Positions 26,212 through 37,175 are shown, counted from the stretch's first letter. The stretch is DNA of 64,000 nucleotides from Fidelibacterota bacterium (GCA_013203115.1 JABMQW010000139.1:33703-97702), one strand, 5' to 3'. The notes: a model not told the origin generated them from the sequence alone. Made by a program: numbers and translations.

Positions 26212-27465
26212 TCAAACTCGCTTTGGCGCTTTCACCAAAGAAATTATTATTGCTGCAAATAGACATAATATGCCACAAATAGTGAACGCTAATGGGAAAT
26301 TCCCCAGATCACCAAGTTTACCGCCTAAAATCGGACCAAAGATGCCGCCGATTCCATACGCCAGAAATACCCAGCCATAATTCTGACCAACATATTTAGT
26401 ACCGAATGTATCGGCAGTCATCGTGGGGAAAAGAGCAAAGTTACCCCCAAAATTAAAACCGATTAAAGTAGCACCCAGGTATAATAATGCCGGAATCCCT
26501 GCCATCCACTGGAAGAGAATTACAATAATTCCTTGAGTAGCCATCATAATAATTATAGATCGTTTGCGACCCAATTTGTCGCTGATGGCGCCCCAGGCAA
26601 TTCGCCCTATTCCATTGGCCAGAGAGAAAAAGACCGCCATGGCCGTACCGGCAATTGCACTGGCATTTGCCACAGCAGCAGCCGTAAGAGCTTGCATGGG
26701 AAAGAGTTTCATTAAGCCGATGCTCATCAGACCAGCACTGGCGCCAAATGCGAATGTCAGCAGAATCATATAGAATTGGGGTGTTTTAAGCATTTCACCA
26801 CTGCTGAAATCCACCGATCCGATCAGGCGGGCCGCACCCGGCTGTTGCTCGGGAGGTGTCCAGCCTTCCGGTTTCCAGCCCTCCGGCGGAAATACCATCC
26901 AGATACCACCGATCACTACTGAAAGCAGAAATACGACACCATAGATTGAAAAAGTGGTGCTGATACCCAGATCGGTAATAAGATTTCCCCAGGTACCGGC
27001 CAGCTTGACCCACAGCATTGCACCGAATCCGAATCCGGCCACTGCTAATCCGGTGATCAATCCTTTTTTATCCGGAAACCAGCGCATCCCAACCGCGATT
27101 GGGACCACATAGGCCAGCCCGATACCCGATCCACCGATCACACCGATAAAAATTAAAATCGCCCAGAAATTGGTGCCACCGAATAATCCCGCCAGTAAAT
27201 ATCCGGCACCGAGGACAATTCCACCGGCCATAGCCAGATTACGAGGTCCGATCTTGGGCATTAAACGGCCTGCAATTACCATGACAATAGCAAAAAATGC
27301 TAACCCGGCTGAAAAAACAACCTGGGTTTGAGCGGCTGACCAACCAGCTTGTTTTAATTGCGGTGTAAAGACCGACCAGGCATAGATGGCACCCAGACAA
27401 AGCTGAATCAAAATCGCCCCAATAACAACGAACCAGCGATTCATCACCTTAGTATTCGAATTCAT
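26212..27465 (-). CDS. MFS transporter, oxalate/formate antiporter (OFA)-like
   Basis: 417 aa with about 12 predicted TM segments. N-terminal NRWFVVIGAILIQLCLGAIYAWSVF is characteristic of the OFA family. Confidence 0.75.
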   Translation of the reverse strand: MNSNTKVMNRWFVVIGAILIQLCLGAIYAWSVFTPQLKQAGWSAAQTQVVFSAGLAFFAIVMVIAGRLMPKIGPRNLAMAGGIVLGAGYLLAGLFGGTNFWAILIFIGVIGGSGIGLAYVVPIAVGMRWFPDKKGLITGLAVAGFGFGAMLWVKLAGTWGNLITDLGISTTFSIYGVVFLLSVVIGGIWMVFPPEGWKPEGWTPPEQQPGAARLIGSVDFSSGEMLKTPQFYMILLTFAFGASAGLMSIGLMKLFPMQALTAAAVANASAIAGTAMAVFFSLANGIGRIAWGAISDKLGRKRSIIIMMATQGIIVILFQWMAGIPALLYLGATLIGFNFGGNFALFPTMTADTFGTKYVGQNYGWVFLAYGIGGIFGPILGGKLGDLGNFPLAFTICGILCLFAAIIISLVKAPKRV

Positions 27466-27835
27466 TATTTCCCCTTCTTCATTTAACTGATTTATTTTGA
27501 TAACTGTAGCTATGAAACACTAATATAATGTTTATAGTAATTTCCATATTCCGGTTACCATTACCAAAAGTATTGAATGGAAACCAAATTTCTGTCTGGA
27601 ATTTATCTTGGTTTATTAATATCTAACCTGAATAATTCATCAGCAAAACCTACCAGAGTACAAGTCCCCGAATAAGCCAAGCTAAAAATATGCTGCTAAA
27701 TTATTCACCAAAGATCATTAATAGTGTGACTAATAATGGTAAAATTGATTTCATACTCAGACAATACGGAATATTTTTTAAATCCTATTTGCTCATAAAC
27801 GGATATTATTAAGGCACCAATGCAAAATAATCGAT

Positions 27836-28624
27836 TTATTCAATAGAGAAATAAATCCACTCCGATTCACCGCTTGCTTCATCTATCGTTGTATTATTGT
27901 CGACCTCACTGATGGCTTTCACTTTCCAACGATAGATACCCGGGGGCAACGTTTGATACAGACCATTACAAATTAACAGATTTGAAGGTCCACTTTGTTC
28001 ACTGGGAAAATAATTAAAAGGAATTGGTATTGTATTCTCATGGCCGTACCAGCTATTAGTAAATCGACAGATCCATACTGTTTGATTCAAATTAATGTTG
28101 TCAACTCTAAGTACATATTCAGTTGAGTATTCATATCCACTTGCTCGATCCATCCATTCAAAGGTGAAATTTTGCCCAACACTGATATCGATTGGTGCAA
28201 TACACTGGGGTGCCTGCAACAAACGATAGGTCATAGTATCTGATGGGAGGCTGTGGTTACCGGCATGATCCCGAGCACGGATGAAATAAAAATAGTCCAC
28301 ATAGGTTCGCAGACTATCGTCATAATATATTGTATCGGCTCCCAGGGTGTGAAAAAGATCTATTGTAGCTATATGATTGAATTTATTGGTAATTACGGTA
28401 TCCGCCCGGTAAATGGCATAACCCGCCAGATCTTCTTCCTGATTTGGATGCCACATCAGTACGATTTGATCTTCACTGGTATTATCAGCATCGATTCCCT
28501 GTTCTACCCAGGCCTCCGGAAGTGATTTTTCCACTATTTCTGGTGGTGCCGGCGGGTCCGGATCTTCCACAACCTTCGGACAAGCCCAAAAAAAGAACCC
28601 TACTAAAATAATCCCCATTTTCAA
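27836..28624 (-). CDS. probable lipoprotein with fibronectin-III-like domains
   Basis: 262 aa with signal peptide ..FFFWAC and a proline-rich linker. W.PN.E.DLAGY.IYR is an Fn3-like signature. Confidence 0.5.
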   Translation of the reverse strand: MKMGIILVGFFFWACPKVVEDPDPPAPPEIVEKSLPEAWVEQGIDADNTSEDQIVLMWHPNQEEDLAGYAIYRADTVITNKFNHIATIDLFHTLGADTIYYDDSLRTYVDYFYFIRARDHAGNHSLPSDTMTYRLLQAPQCIAPIDISVGQNFTFEWMDRASGYEYSTEYVLRVDNINLNQTVWICRFTNSWYGHENTIPIPFNYFPSEQSGPSNLLICNGLYQTLPPGIYRWKVKAISEVDNNTTIDEASGESEWIYFSIE

Positions 28625-28674
28625 AATCTACCGGATCATAGTATATCTATCTTAATCATTTATTCTTAAATCTA

Positions 28675-29668
28675 TTACAATGTGATGCTTCCACCAATCC
28701 GGTGAGCATTCCCGAGGTCATGCGCGGTAAAACTGTAATCAATACTAACCGGTCTTGTTCCAAATGGAAGCATTAATCCCAATCCCCCCTGCATAGCCCC
28801 AAGATTAGTTCCAAAACGCACGGCTACCAGGTTTTTTAAAATGCATTCCATACCGAAATCAAATTCGGATTCAGTCGACTTTTTCTGCGTTAGAAAAATA
28901 ATATCCACCGGAATTACTTGAAACGAATGACGATATCCAACTCCGGATATTACAGCCGGATGGATTTTATCATATTTTCCGCTGTTCCAATAAATTAAAG
29001 TCCCGGCGACATCGGAAACTGATAGTCCCAGGGTTAATTCGCCGATCCAGTCATAGCCTGTGGCATCGGCTAAATTAAAGCTCAGCATTGTACCAAGATC
29101 AACACCTATGCCATTTCCAACCAGATTGTATAATTCCTTGTGTAATAATTTGATATTCAAACCGATAGGAATTTGAACATCAAATGGTGTTATTTGCCAA
29201 CCAAGATCAATGGTTGTTGATAAATTGCGGGTAAGTGTAAGAAATACCCCGGTTTCCCGATCTTTAAATATTGAAAAACCACGTGCCACAAGGGTCCTGA
29301 TCGAATCACGCCGGGTCTCCAAATCCAGGATACTCCGCAGATCCGGTCGCTCAGGAATATTATCAACCGATAAATTCACTAGATTGATTCCCACTTGCCA
29401 GATTTGACGCCAAGGATGATTAGTACTAATAGCGATATAATCTGCCAAACCAAACTGGTTGATATACATAGCTGATAAATTAGTACCATTGACAAATCCA
29501 TTGGCGGCAGGATTAATGAGAAAACCACCAATTATTACTGGTTAAAGCACAGACCGCCTGTCCAACACCAATTGAGCGCGGATAAGCACCAATCCTGAGG
29601 AAAGCATCCGTGTATTGTTGGCCTGTCAGAATAGTGGAAACGATTAAGGCTGGCAGGAGATATTTCAT
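28675..29668 (-). pseudogene. outer-membrane beta-barrel protein, PorV/PorQ-like, interrupted by a frameshift near 29513-29535
   Basis: The N-terminal 51 aa (MKYLLPALIVSTILTGQQYTDAFLRIGAYPRSIGVGQAVCALTSNNWWFSH*) carry the signal peptide and an FLRIG..RS.G.G motif. The rest (..GGFLINPAANGF..., track ORF 28675..29469) continues in the +1 frame. Alternating beta-strand pattern throughout. Confidence 0.45.
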
Positions 29669-29705
29669 TATATCTGTTCTTCCGCCCAAGCGGCTTTGCC
29701 AAATT

Positions 29706-30491
29706 CTAATCGCTTGAAGAAAGAAAGAGTTTCTGATTCAGATTACGTCTTAGCTCCATCTCATCCATATCAACTTTGATGAAGCGACCATTGTCGGCCA
29801 TTGAAACACGCTGTTTTTCTTCTGATACAACAACAACGATAGCATCGGTTTCTTCCGATATTCCCAAAGCCGCACGATGGCGTGTTCCCATTTCGGGGTC
29901 GACCATTGAGCTTTCGGTCAAAGGCAATATACAACCAGCAGCATCAAGAATGTCGTTCTGTATAATAACCGCACCGTCGTGCAATGGCGAAGTCGGGTTA
30001 AAAATAGATAATAATAATGGGGTGCTAACTTCAGCTTTTATACTAGTCCCTGTTTCTTTATAACTCCGCAGACCGGTTTCCCGTTGAACAATGATCAGAG
30101 CGCCCCATTTCCGCTGTTTCAGCTCATTTGTAACTTCGGCAATTGACTGAATCGTTCTTGAAGTCCCCATTCTAAAAATGGACCTGATGAACCTAGTTTG
30201 ACCGATATAAATTAATAATCGGCGTAATTCGGGCTGGAATAAAATAACGAAAGCAACTACCCATACGGTCTGAAACTGGTTAACTAGCCAGGAAGTACCA
30301 CTTAGCCCAAACGCATTGAATAAAAATGATAAAAACATGATTATCATCAGCCCCACTAGCATCTGACCGGCCCGGGTGTCTCGGAAATAGACGTAAATTT
30401 TATAAAATATCCAAGTTGCGAAAATAATGTCAATGATATCGATTATCGATATGTTCAGGAAGCCGATTTGAATGATCAGTATTGGCGTCAT
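29706..30491 (-). CDS. cdaA: diadenylate cyclase (c-di-AMP synthase), membrane-anchored CdaA type
   Basis: 261 aa with three N-terminal TM helices and a DAC domain carrying the DGAVII and GTRHRAALG motifs. Confidence 0.9.
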   Translation of the reverse strand: MTPILIIQIGFLNISIIDIIDIIFATWIFYKIYVYFRDTRAGQMLVGLMIIMFLSFLFNAFGLSGTSWLVNQFQTVWVVAFVILFQPELRRLLIYIGQTRFIRSIFRMGTSRTIQSIAEVTNELKQRKWGALIIVQRETGLRSYKETGTSIKAEVSTPLLLSIFNPTSPLHDGAVIIQNDILDAAGCILPLTESSMVDPEMGTRHRAALGISEETDAIVVVVSEEKQRVSMADNGRFIKVDMDEMELRRNLNQKLFLSSSD

Positions 30492-31333
30492 GCCTGCGGG
30501 ATTCCCCGTATTCGATCGGTTATTGTTATTACCCGTTTCATTTCCAAAACATCATGTATTCGCAATATTCGCGCACCATTCAGGATACCAGCAGTAACAG
30601 CCGCCGCGGTTCCTTCACCCCTTTCATCAGGAGGCAGGTTGAGAGTTAAGCCAATGAAAGATTTACGTGACGGACCTATCAATACTGGGTTTCCTAAATC
30701 AACAATTTGTCTCAATTTACGTATTATTTCAAAATTATCCTCAAGCCGTTTACCAAATCCAATTCCCGGGTCGAGTATTATCTGGTTTCTATTCAGGCCT
30801 GCTCTATGAGCAAAATCAAGCCGTTCCCTAAAATAGGCTGTCAACTCACCCATAAGATCATCATAATGAGGATTAAACTGCATCTGACGGGGAGTTCCCT
30901 TAATATGCATTAGTATTGCCAAGGTTCCTGTATCGCGAACTACATTCACCATATCCGGATCAAAATTGAAACCGCTAATATCATTAATGATATCGGCGCC
31001 ATTGGCAATTGCTTCCCTAGCCAAGCCGGATTTGTAAGTATCCACCGAAATACAGGTGGATGATTTTTCACGTAACTTTCTGATTACCGGAATTACACGC
31101 TGCAATTCTTCTTTCAAAGTAATCGGTTTCGATCCTGGTCGGGTTGATTCACCACCAACATCAATTATATCAGCTCCCTGGGAGATCATTTCCAAGCTGT
31201 AATCTACAGCTTTGTCCACAGCAAGGTATTTTCCTCCATCACTGAATGAATCAGGCGTTACATTTAAAATACCCATAAGCAGGGATGGTGCTTCCGAATC
31301 CCGGAAGACGTTTTTAAATTGATCAATATTCAC
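30488..31333 (-). CDS. folP: dihydropteroate synthase
   Basis: 281 aa with the GILNVTPDSFSDGG and DVGGESTRPG motifs. 4-nt overlap with cdaA. Confidence 0.93.
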   Translation of the reverse strand: MNIDQFKNVFRDSEAPSLLMGILNVTPDSFSDGGKYLAVDKAVDYSLEMISQGADIIDVGGESTRPGSKPITLKEELQRVIPVIRKLREKSSTCISVDTYKSGLAREAIANGADIINDISGFNFDPDMVNVVRDTGTLAILMHIKGTPRQMQFNPHYDDLMGELTAYFRERLDFAHRAGLNRNQIILDPGIGFGKRLEDNFEIIRKLRQIVDLGNPVLIGPSRKSFIGLTLNLPPDERGEGTAAAVTAGILNGARILRIHDVLEMKRVITITDRIRGIPQA

Positions 31334-31352
31334 AGTGATTCAATCTAATGGA

Positions 31353-33440
31353 TTATGTGGCAGTTTTAGCTTTTATAGTGGGTTCGGGTTTGTCTGTTTT
31401 TCGTTGTTTAGGTGTCCGTCGACGAGGCCGGCGCTTTGATCCGAGAGAACGTTGAATTTTTTTTCCATCCAGAATTTTCCGAATATCCTCGGCATCTATT
31501 GTTTCGTATTTCAGAAGAACTTCAGCCATAGTTTTCAGTAATTCAAAATTATCAGAAAGTAATTTTTGGGCTTGTTTCTGGGCCTTGCGCACAAATCGTA
31601 CCGTTTCTTCATCAATCATTCTGGCAGTTGCTTCGCTGTAATCCCGGTGTCGTTGTATCTCTCGCCCCAGAAATATTTCTTCATTTTGTTTACCAAAGGT
31701 CATTGGTCCCAAGCGATCACTCATGCCCCATTCGCAAACCATCTTTCTGGCAATATCGGTGGCTTGCTCAATATCGTTTCCGGCACCGGTGGATAATTCA
31801 TTGAAAACCAACTCTTCTGCGGCTCTTCCGCCCATTAAAATTGCCAGCCGGGTTTCAATATAGGTTCTGGAATAACCATGTTTTTCATCAATCGGCAATT
31901 GCGTGGTTACACCCAGAGCTAGACCACGCGGGATTATCGAAACCTTATGGATCGGATCAGCCCCCGGTATCAAAGAAGCCACCAGTGCATGACCGGCTTC
32001 GTGATGAGCTGTCAAACGTTTTTCCTCGTCGGATAATATCATACTTCGACGCTGAATGCCCATCATTACTTTATCTTTAGCCTCTTCGAAATCGACCATG
32101 TCCACAGCATTCTTACGTTTACGTGCCGCCAATAAAGCAGCCTCGTTAACTAAATTCGCCAGATCGGCGCCAACCAGACCGGGGGTCCCTTTGGCTAATG
32201 TTTTTAAATTGACACGGGATTTATTAATTATAATATTTTTAGTATGTACCTTTAAAATCCCCAAACGACCCTGTACATCTGGTACATCGACAATAATCTG
32301 GCGATCAAATCGCCCCGGACGTAGCAAAGCCCGATCCAGTACATCCGGACGATTGGTTGCAGCCAGGATAATCACCTGTTGATTAACCTCAAAACCATCC
32401 ATTTCCACTAATAATTGATTCAGGGTCTGTTCGCGTTCATCATGTCCACCGCCCAGACCAGCGCCACGCTGGCGCCCCACAGCATCCAATTCATCTATAA
32501 ATACAATACAGGGGGCACTTTTTTTACCTTGTTCAAATAAATCACGGACACGAGACGCCCCAACGCCGACAAACATCTCCACAAAGTCAGCACCGCTTAG
32601 ACTGAAGAAAGCCACCCCTGCTTCCCCGGCTACCGCTCGTGCCAGGAGTGTTTTACCGGTTCCCGTGGGTCCAATCAGTAAGGCACCTTTGGGAATTTTA
32701 GCACCCAATCTTTCATAACGTTTTGGCCGTTTCAGGAAATCAACGATTTCTTTTAATTCGTCTTTTGCTTCCACGCAACCGGCTACATCGGCAAAAGTAA
32801 CTTTAGGCATATCAGAAGTCCAAACCCGAGCCCGGCTTTTACCAAAATTAAATATACCACGCATTCCACCACCGCCACCCTGCATCCGGCGCATAATAAA
32901 CAGCCACACACCGATCAGGAAAAACCAGGGCAGAAAATTCAATAGATAACCCGACCAGTCGATTGTTTTTTCCTTAAAGCTATAGCGCAGATTATACTCG
33001 TCCCAATCTTCCAGAACTTCCCGATCAATGAAGGGTAACTTGACATATACATTATTTACATCATTTAATACGCCAAACTCTTTTACAATCGTCTGGGGCA
33101 TCATTAATGTTCCATGAAGAATATCATCAATAATAACTGCTTCTTTGAATATCCCCTGAGTCAGAAAATCACGGTATTGAAAGTATTGAATTTCTATTTC
33201 TTTGCCATTCTGGTTGGTGAATAATCCGGACAAAATGATTGCAGTCATCAATATCACTACCCAAATCAGTGACGTTTTTCCGGCTCGTTTCCATTGAAAA
33301 GCATTTCCCGGTGATTTTTTATTACCTTTGGTGTTGCCGGCATTGGATTTACGGACCGGTCGTTTGCTTTTCCGCATCTCCGGTGGGATTGGTTTTGGTA
33401 CTTTTCTTCTCCTTCTGCGCGGAGTTTTATTCTCTTCCAT
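31353..33440 (-). CDS. ftsH: ATP-dependent zinc metalloprotease FtsH
   Basis: 695 aa with Walker A GPTGTGKT, the SRH region and the HEAGH zinc site. The N- and C-terminal extensions are basic. Confidence 0.97.
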   Translation of the reverse strand: MEENKTPRRRRRKVPKPIPPEMRKSKRPVRKSNAGNTKGNKKSPGNAFQWKRAGKTSLIWVVILMTAIILSGLFTNQNGKEIEIQYFQYRDFLTQGIFKEAVIIDDILHGTLMMPQTIVKEFGVLNDVNNVYVKLPFIDREVLEDWDEYNLRYSFKEKTIDWSGYLLNFLPWFFLIGVWLFIMRRMQGGGGGMRGIFNFGKSRARVWTSDMPKVTFADVAGCVEAKDELKEIVDFLKRPKRYERLGAKIPKGALLIGPTGTGKTLLARAVAGEAGVAFFSLSGADFVEMFVGVGASRVRDLFEQGKKSAPCIVFIDELDAVGRQRGAGLGGGHDEREQTLNQLLVEMDGFEVNQQVIILAATNRPDVLDRALLRPGRFDRQIIVDVPDVQGRLGILKVHTKNIIINKSRVNLKTLAKGTPGLVGADLANLVNEAALLAARKRKNAVDMVDFEEAKDKVMMGIQRRSMILSDEEKRLTAHHEAGHALVASLIPGADPIHKVSIIPRGLALGVTTQLPIDEKHGYSRTYIETRLAILMGGRAAEELVFNELSTGAGNDIEQATDIARKMVCEWGMSDRLGPMTFGKQNEEIFLGREIQRHRDYSEATARMIDEETVRFVRKAQKQAQKLLSDNFELLKTMAEVLLKYETIDAEDIRKILDGKKIQRSLGSKRRPRRRTPKQRKTDKPEPTIKAKTAT

Positions 33441-33443
33441 GGA

Positions 33444-33980
33444 TTAATCCATTCCTTTTACCCGGTATATTGCCGGTAAATGTCGTAATTTTTGATTATA
33501 ATCGAGTCCGTAACCCACCACAAAATCCGGTGGTATTTCAAAGCCCACATACTCAATCGGAAATTCGAGCCGGGCTACTGCCGGTTTCATCAACAAAGTG
33601 ACAATCGTCACCGATTTTGGGGACGCTCCTTTGAGCCGATCTCTTAAAAATTTAATTGTCAATCCGGAATCGATAATGTCCTCAACAATGACTACGTGGC
33701 GGCCGGTAATATCGGCTGAAATATCTTTCAGCAATTTAACCGTTCCGGTCGATGTTTGTCCGTCATAACTCGCTAATTTAATAAAATCCATTTCACAATC
33801 AATGCTCATGGCACGCATCAGGTCAGACAGGAAAATGAAACTGCCATTCAGGATTCCAATCAGAATCGGGACTTCTTCTTTAAAACGATTCGAGATATCA
33901 TCAGCTAGTGCCTGTACACGCTGTTCGATCTGCTCCGTTGAAATAATCATTTCCAGATCATAATCGGTTTTTATCATCAT
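33444..33980 (-). CDS. hpt: hypoxanthine phosphoribosyltransferase
   Basis: 178 aa with the VVIVEDIIDSGLT PRPP-binding motif. tilS-hpt-ftsH synteny. Confidence 0.93.
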   Translation of the reverse strand: MMIKTDYDLEMIISTEQIEQRVQALADDISNRFKEEVPILIGILNGSFIFLSDLMRAMSIDCEMDFIKLASYDGQTSTGTVKLLKDISADITGRHVVIVEDIIDSGLTIKFLRDRLKGASPKSVTIVTLLMKPAVARLEFPIEYVGFEIPPDFVVGYGLDYNQKLRHLPAIYRVKGMD

Positions 33981-35371
33981 TTACCAACTTTAAGTTCAAT
34001 TGAAAGTTCCACAATTGACTGCGTGTGCGGAGTAATCCTGACCAAATTGCTGATTCTACGGCCGCATACCCAGATAATTTCTTCATCAGCCACCAATACC
34101 AGCTGACGCCTTTTCTGGAAGCGATCAACCTGCTCATCAATTAAAAAATCGCTGATTTTTTTTCTACCTTGCATTCCGAGTGGTTGAAAACGATCACCGG
34201 GCTGCCAGGTTCTAATAATCAGGCTTTTACCCTGCAAAAAGCCTTCATCAATATACTCTACCCAAGGTGTACTGGTAAATTGTTTAACTTCCTTCACTGA
34301 TCGCCATTTAAGGAGAAAATAACCGCAGGTTGTCTTCGAATTCCGCACTACAGGTTGGCAATACTGCTTAGATTCACTATCCTGTGATAACAGCCAGTTT
34401 CCGCGATCACTGAGCAGTATCCAACCACCGGGCAATTCGTGAAATCGTCCCGTTGATGGACTAACTATAAAATTATGGAGTGAATTCCAGTGATGGCGTC
34501 GCCAGGGCTGGTCATTTCCGCCGATTAATTTCCGGATCATTGCCAGTTTTAACAACCGCGGTAATTCTGATAAATATTTTCCATCTAACCGGAAAGAATT
34601 ACTAGTAACGTTTTGAACAACATCATGATGAATCCGGTCTAAAATAAATTTTAGCGCATTATCATAATCGGTAGCCCGCTCACACAAAAACTGAATTGCT
34701 TCTAATAAATTCGGGTTGTCTTTCTGCCAGCGCTTAACAATAATATGCCTGATGTAATTTCGTGGAATATTGATATCCGCGTTAGAGCTATCCTCAATCC
34801 ATTTGAAACCTTTATCATTATTATACTTTTCCAAGGCACTCTGCTCGAAGGACAACAATGGTCGGATGATATTTCCGCGCTGTTCGCGAATACCTTGCAA
34901 GCCTTCAATTCCACTTCCCTCACCCACATGCATTAATACAGTTTCGGTCTGGTCATTTAAATGATGAGCCGTCGCGATGAAATCATATTTTTCAATTTTA
35001 CACAGCTCCTGTAATACCCGGTATCGTTCTTCACGGGCCCAGGCTTCCGTACTCATAGCCGGTGATTTCTCGGCCGGGTCAAGCGCTAACTCCCAGTATG
35101 TAAGATGTAATTTCCGACATAATTCTCTCACAAAATCAGCTTCAACATCTGATTCCGGACGCAATTGATGATTCACATGAGCAATACCGATCCGTAAATC
35201 CTGTTCCTGTGAAAGCCGCTGAAAAAGGTGGAGCATGGAAATCGAATCCGAACCACCAGATACTGCCAGCAAAACGCTGGATTTGTGAAACGAATCCCAT
35301 TTTACCGTAATATTTTGGCAAAACTGCTGATACAAACTATTACTGTAAGAATTATTGGGTTTGGCAGACAT
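33977..35371 (-). CDS. tilS: tRNA(Ile)-lysidine synthase
   Basis: 464 aa with the PP-loop AVSGGSDS. ATGA overlap with hpt. Confidence 0.9.
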   Translation of the reverse strand: MSAKPNNSYSNSLYQQFCQNITVKWDSFHKSSVLLAVSGGSDSISMLHLFQRLSQEQDLRIGIAHVNHQLRPESDVEADFVRELCRKLHLTYWELALDPAEKSPAMSTEAWAREERYRVLQELCKIEKYDFIATAHHLNDQTETVLMHVGEGSGIEGLQGIREQRGNIIRPLLSFEQSALEKYNNDKGFKWIEDSSNADINIPRNYIRHIIVKRWQKDNPNLLEAIQFLCERATDYDNALKFILDRIHHDVVQNVTSNSFRLDGKYLSELPRLLKLAMIRKLIGGNDQPWRRHHWNSLHNFIVSPSTGRFHELPGGWILLSDRGNWLLSQDSESKQYCQPVVRNSKTTCGYFLLKWRSVKEVKQFTSTPWVEYIDEGFLQGKSLIIRTWQPGDRFQPLGMQGRKKISDFLIDEQVDRFQKRRQLVLVADEEIIWVCGRRISNLVRITPHTQSIVELSIELKVGK

Positions 35372-35432
35372 GGTTAATACATATCAGACTATTGCAAAAT
35401 TTCCGACCAGGTGAACCATAATGAAATTGCGG

Positions 35433-36098
35433 CTACATTGATAACGAATCAGTACTGGCAATACGGTGCTGCAGTGGTCTGATAAATGGATTACCCGACA
35501 ACTCCAGTTCCCGGTTTGTGTCCGGACCATGGCCGCAATGAATATAATCTTCAGCATTCAAATGCTGAAACAGATGCACTAAAGATGTCTCTAATTCAGA
35601 CCAATTCCCCCCAGGAAGATCAGTTCGACCGATGGACCCACGAAACAATGTGTCACCAGTAAAAACATGATCGTCAATTCTCAGACAGACACCGCCCGGT
35701 GTATGGCCAGGAGTCGCAATGCAGGTTATATGGAATGGTCCAATCTCCAGTGGTTGGTCTATTTCCAGCCAGGCATCCACTACTGGTGCTTTCCGTGGTA
35801 GCAATCCGAACATCTGATAAGAGGACTCTGCTGAATCCAGAACCGGTTTTTCATTACGGTGGAGATAAAACGGAATTCCAAAGTGGTCTTTAAGTTCTGC
35901 CACCGCGCCGATATGATCCAGATGGGCATGGGTATTGATAATTGCCAGCGGAGTTATTTGCAATTGTTCGACTGTTTCAGTTAAACGCTGGGCCTCATCA
36001 CCGGGATCTATAAATAGCGCGTATTTGGAATTCATTTCTTCAATTAGAAAAGTATTTTCTTGAAAAGGACCCGTAACAAAATTATGGACTTTGATAAT
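35433..36098 (-). CDS. MBL-fold hydrolase (glyoxalase II-like), probable non-AUG start
   Basis: Contains the HAHLDH metal motif. The conserved N-terminal strand IKVHNFVTGPFQENTFLIEE lies upstream of the only ATG (36035). The only in-frame start candidates after the upstream stop are ATA/ATT/ATC at 36101-36093, overlapping the preceding gene's TAA. Confidence 0.6.
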   Translation of the reverse strand: MIKVHNFVTGPFQENTFLIEEMNSKYALFIDPGDEAQRLTETVEQLQITPLAIINTHAHLDHIGAVAELKDHFGIPFYLHRNEKPVLDSAESSYQMFGLLPRKAPVVDAWLEIDQPLEIGPFHITCIATPGHTPGGVCLRIDDHVFTGDTLFRGSIGRTDLPGGNWSELETSLVHLFQHLNAEDYIHCGHGPDTNRELELSGNPFIRPLQHRIASTDSLSM

Positions 36099-37171
36099 TA
36101 TATTTCCTTGAAAAAGAGGTCAGACAGACACTGAATTTTATCTTCATAGGAGTGTGGAAACATTAACCATTCGGTCGCCGAGATACTGCTTAAAAGCGAA
36201 TTTCCATCTTGGGGTGTGAAACAAAATCCACAGATCTCATGATCATTACGTACATTCAAAGTTTGTACTACAATGACGGTCTGATTTAAAATACGACCAT
36301 AATGTCCCTGGTCACGTCCGAAGGAAAACACTGTACTGGTCATGTCCTTGGTTGTCAGGGCAACCAACGGGTTTGCCCATAAACGGTCTTTAACATCATT
36401 TAAGGTAGTTGGTTCTTTTACTTTAAGATCGAACCATAATACATGCATGTACTGGCTGTTGACTTTCATCGCTGAAGAAAAAAGATCAAGGTCCATGTTC
36501 AGAGTTCGGAAAAGAGCCGCCGCATCCTTAGCATGGTGTGAACCATATATTTCGGAACTATGACGACCGACCTGAGGAGCAGGTATGTAGCTACCTATCT
36601 GGCTGAGATCATTGGCACGGCGTATACACACAAAACGGGCATCAATAAGATTATCCGGATCAACGTTGTCATATAGAGCTAAGGTCCGCGTTATACAAGC
36701 CAGATTGTGAGTATTGCAGGAAACGATTTGGATAAAATTATCTTCACCCGATACCAAAGCTTTATCATTGACGCCCCGAGCGTATTTTTTTCCAAATCCA
36801 TCTTCGCTACCTTGTGCCAGGAAACCTTTTACTGTGTCTTTATATTTTTGGTAGTATTCTTCTTTATGGTAGTTACCAATTCCTTTTGGTGTACAATCAA
36901 TTATTACCGATGCGCGTTTGATCGATTCTTCTGTCTCAAGTTCCGGGTCCATTCCAAATTTTCGGAATTCGTGGTAGCGCTTTTCATCGACCGATAACCG
37001 GGCTCCTCGATGGAGTAAACCATGTATCTTGGGGCGATCACTTTTTAGGGGAGTATTCTTATGAAAAGTTACTTCATCAATCCCCAATTGAGTGCGATAA
37101 TCACAGAGTAATCCAATCAGGGGTTCCCCGATTGTACCGGTTCCAACGACATGTACAATTTTACGCGGCAT
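36098..37171 (-). CDS. class II (archaeal-type) glyceraldehyde-3-phosphate dehydrogenase-like NAD(P) dehydrogenase
   Basis: 357 aa with Rossmann motif VGTGTIGE, catalytic VSCNTHNL (compare archaeal SCNTT) and a downstream SHHAKD (compare SHHGPD). Assigned from motif memory, not by search. Confidence 0.55.
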   Translation of the reverse strand: MPRKIVHVVGTGTIGEPLIGLLCDYRTQLGIDEVTFHKNTPLKSDRPKIHGLLHRGARLSVDEKRYHEFRKFGMDPELETEESIKRASVIIDCTPKGIGNYHKEEYYQKYKDTVKGFLAQGSEDGFGKKYARGVNDKALVSGEDNFIQIVSCNTHNLACITRTLALYDNVDPDNLIDARFVCIRRANDLSQIGSYIPAPQVGRHSSEIYGSHHAKDAAALFRTLNMDLDLFSSAMKVNSQYMHVLWFDLKVKEPTTLNDVKDRLWANPLVALTTKDMTSTVFSFGRDQGHYGRILNQTVIVVQTLNVRNDHEICGFCFTPQDGNSLLSSISATEWLMFPHSYEDKIQCLSDLFFKEI

Positions 37172-37175
37172 AATA

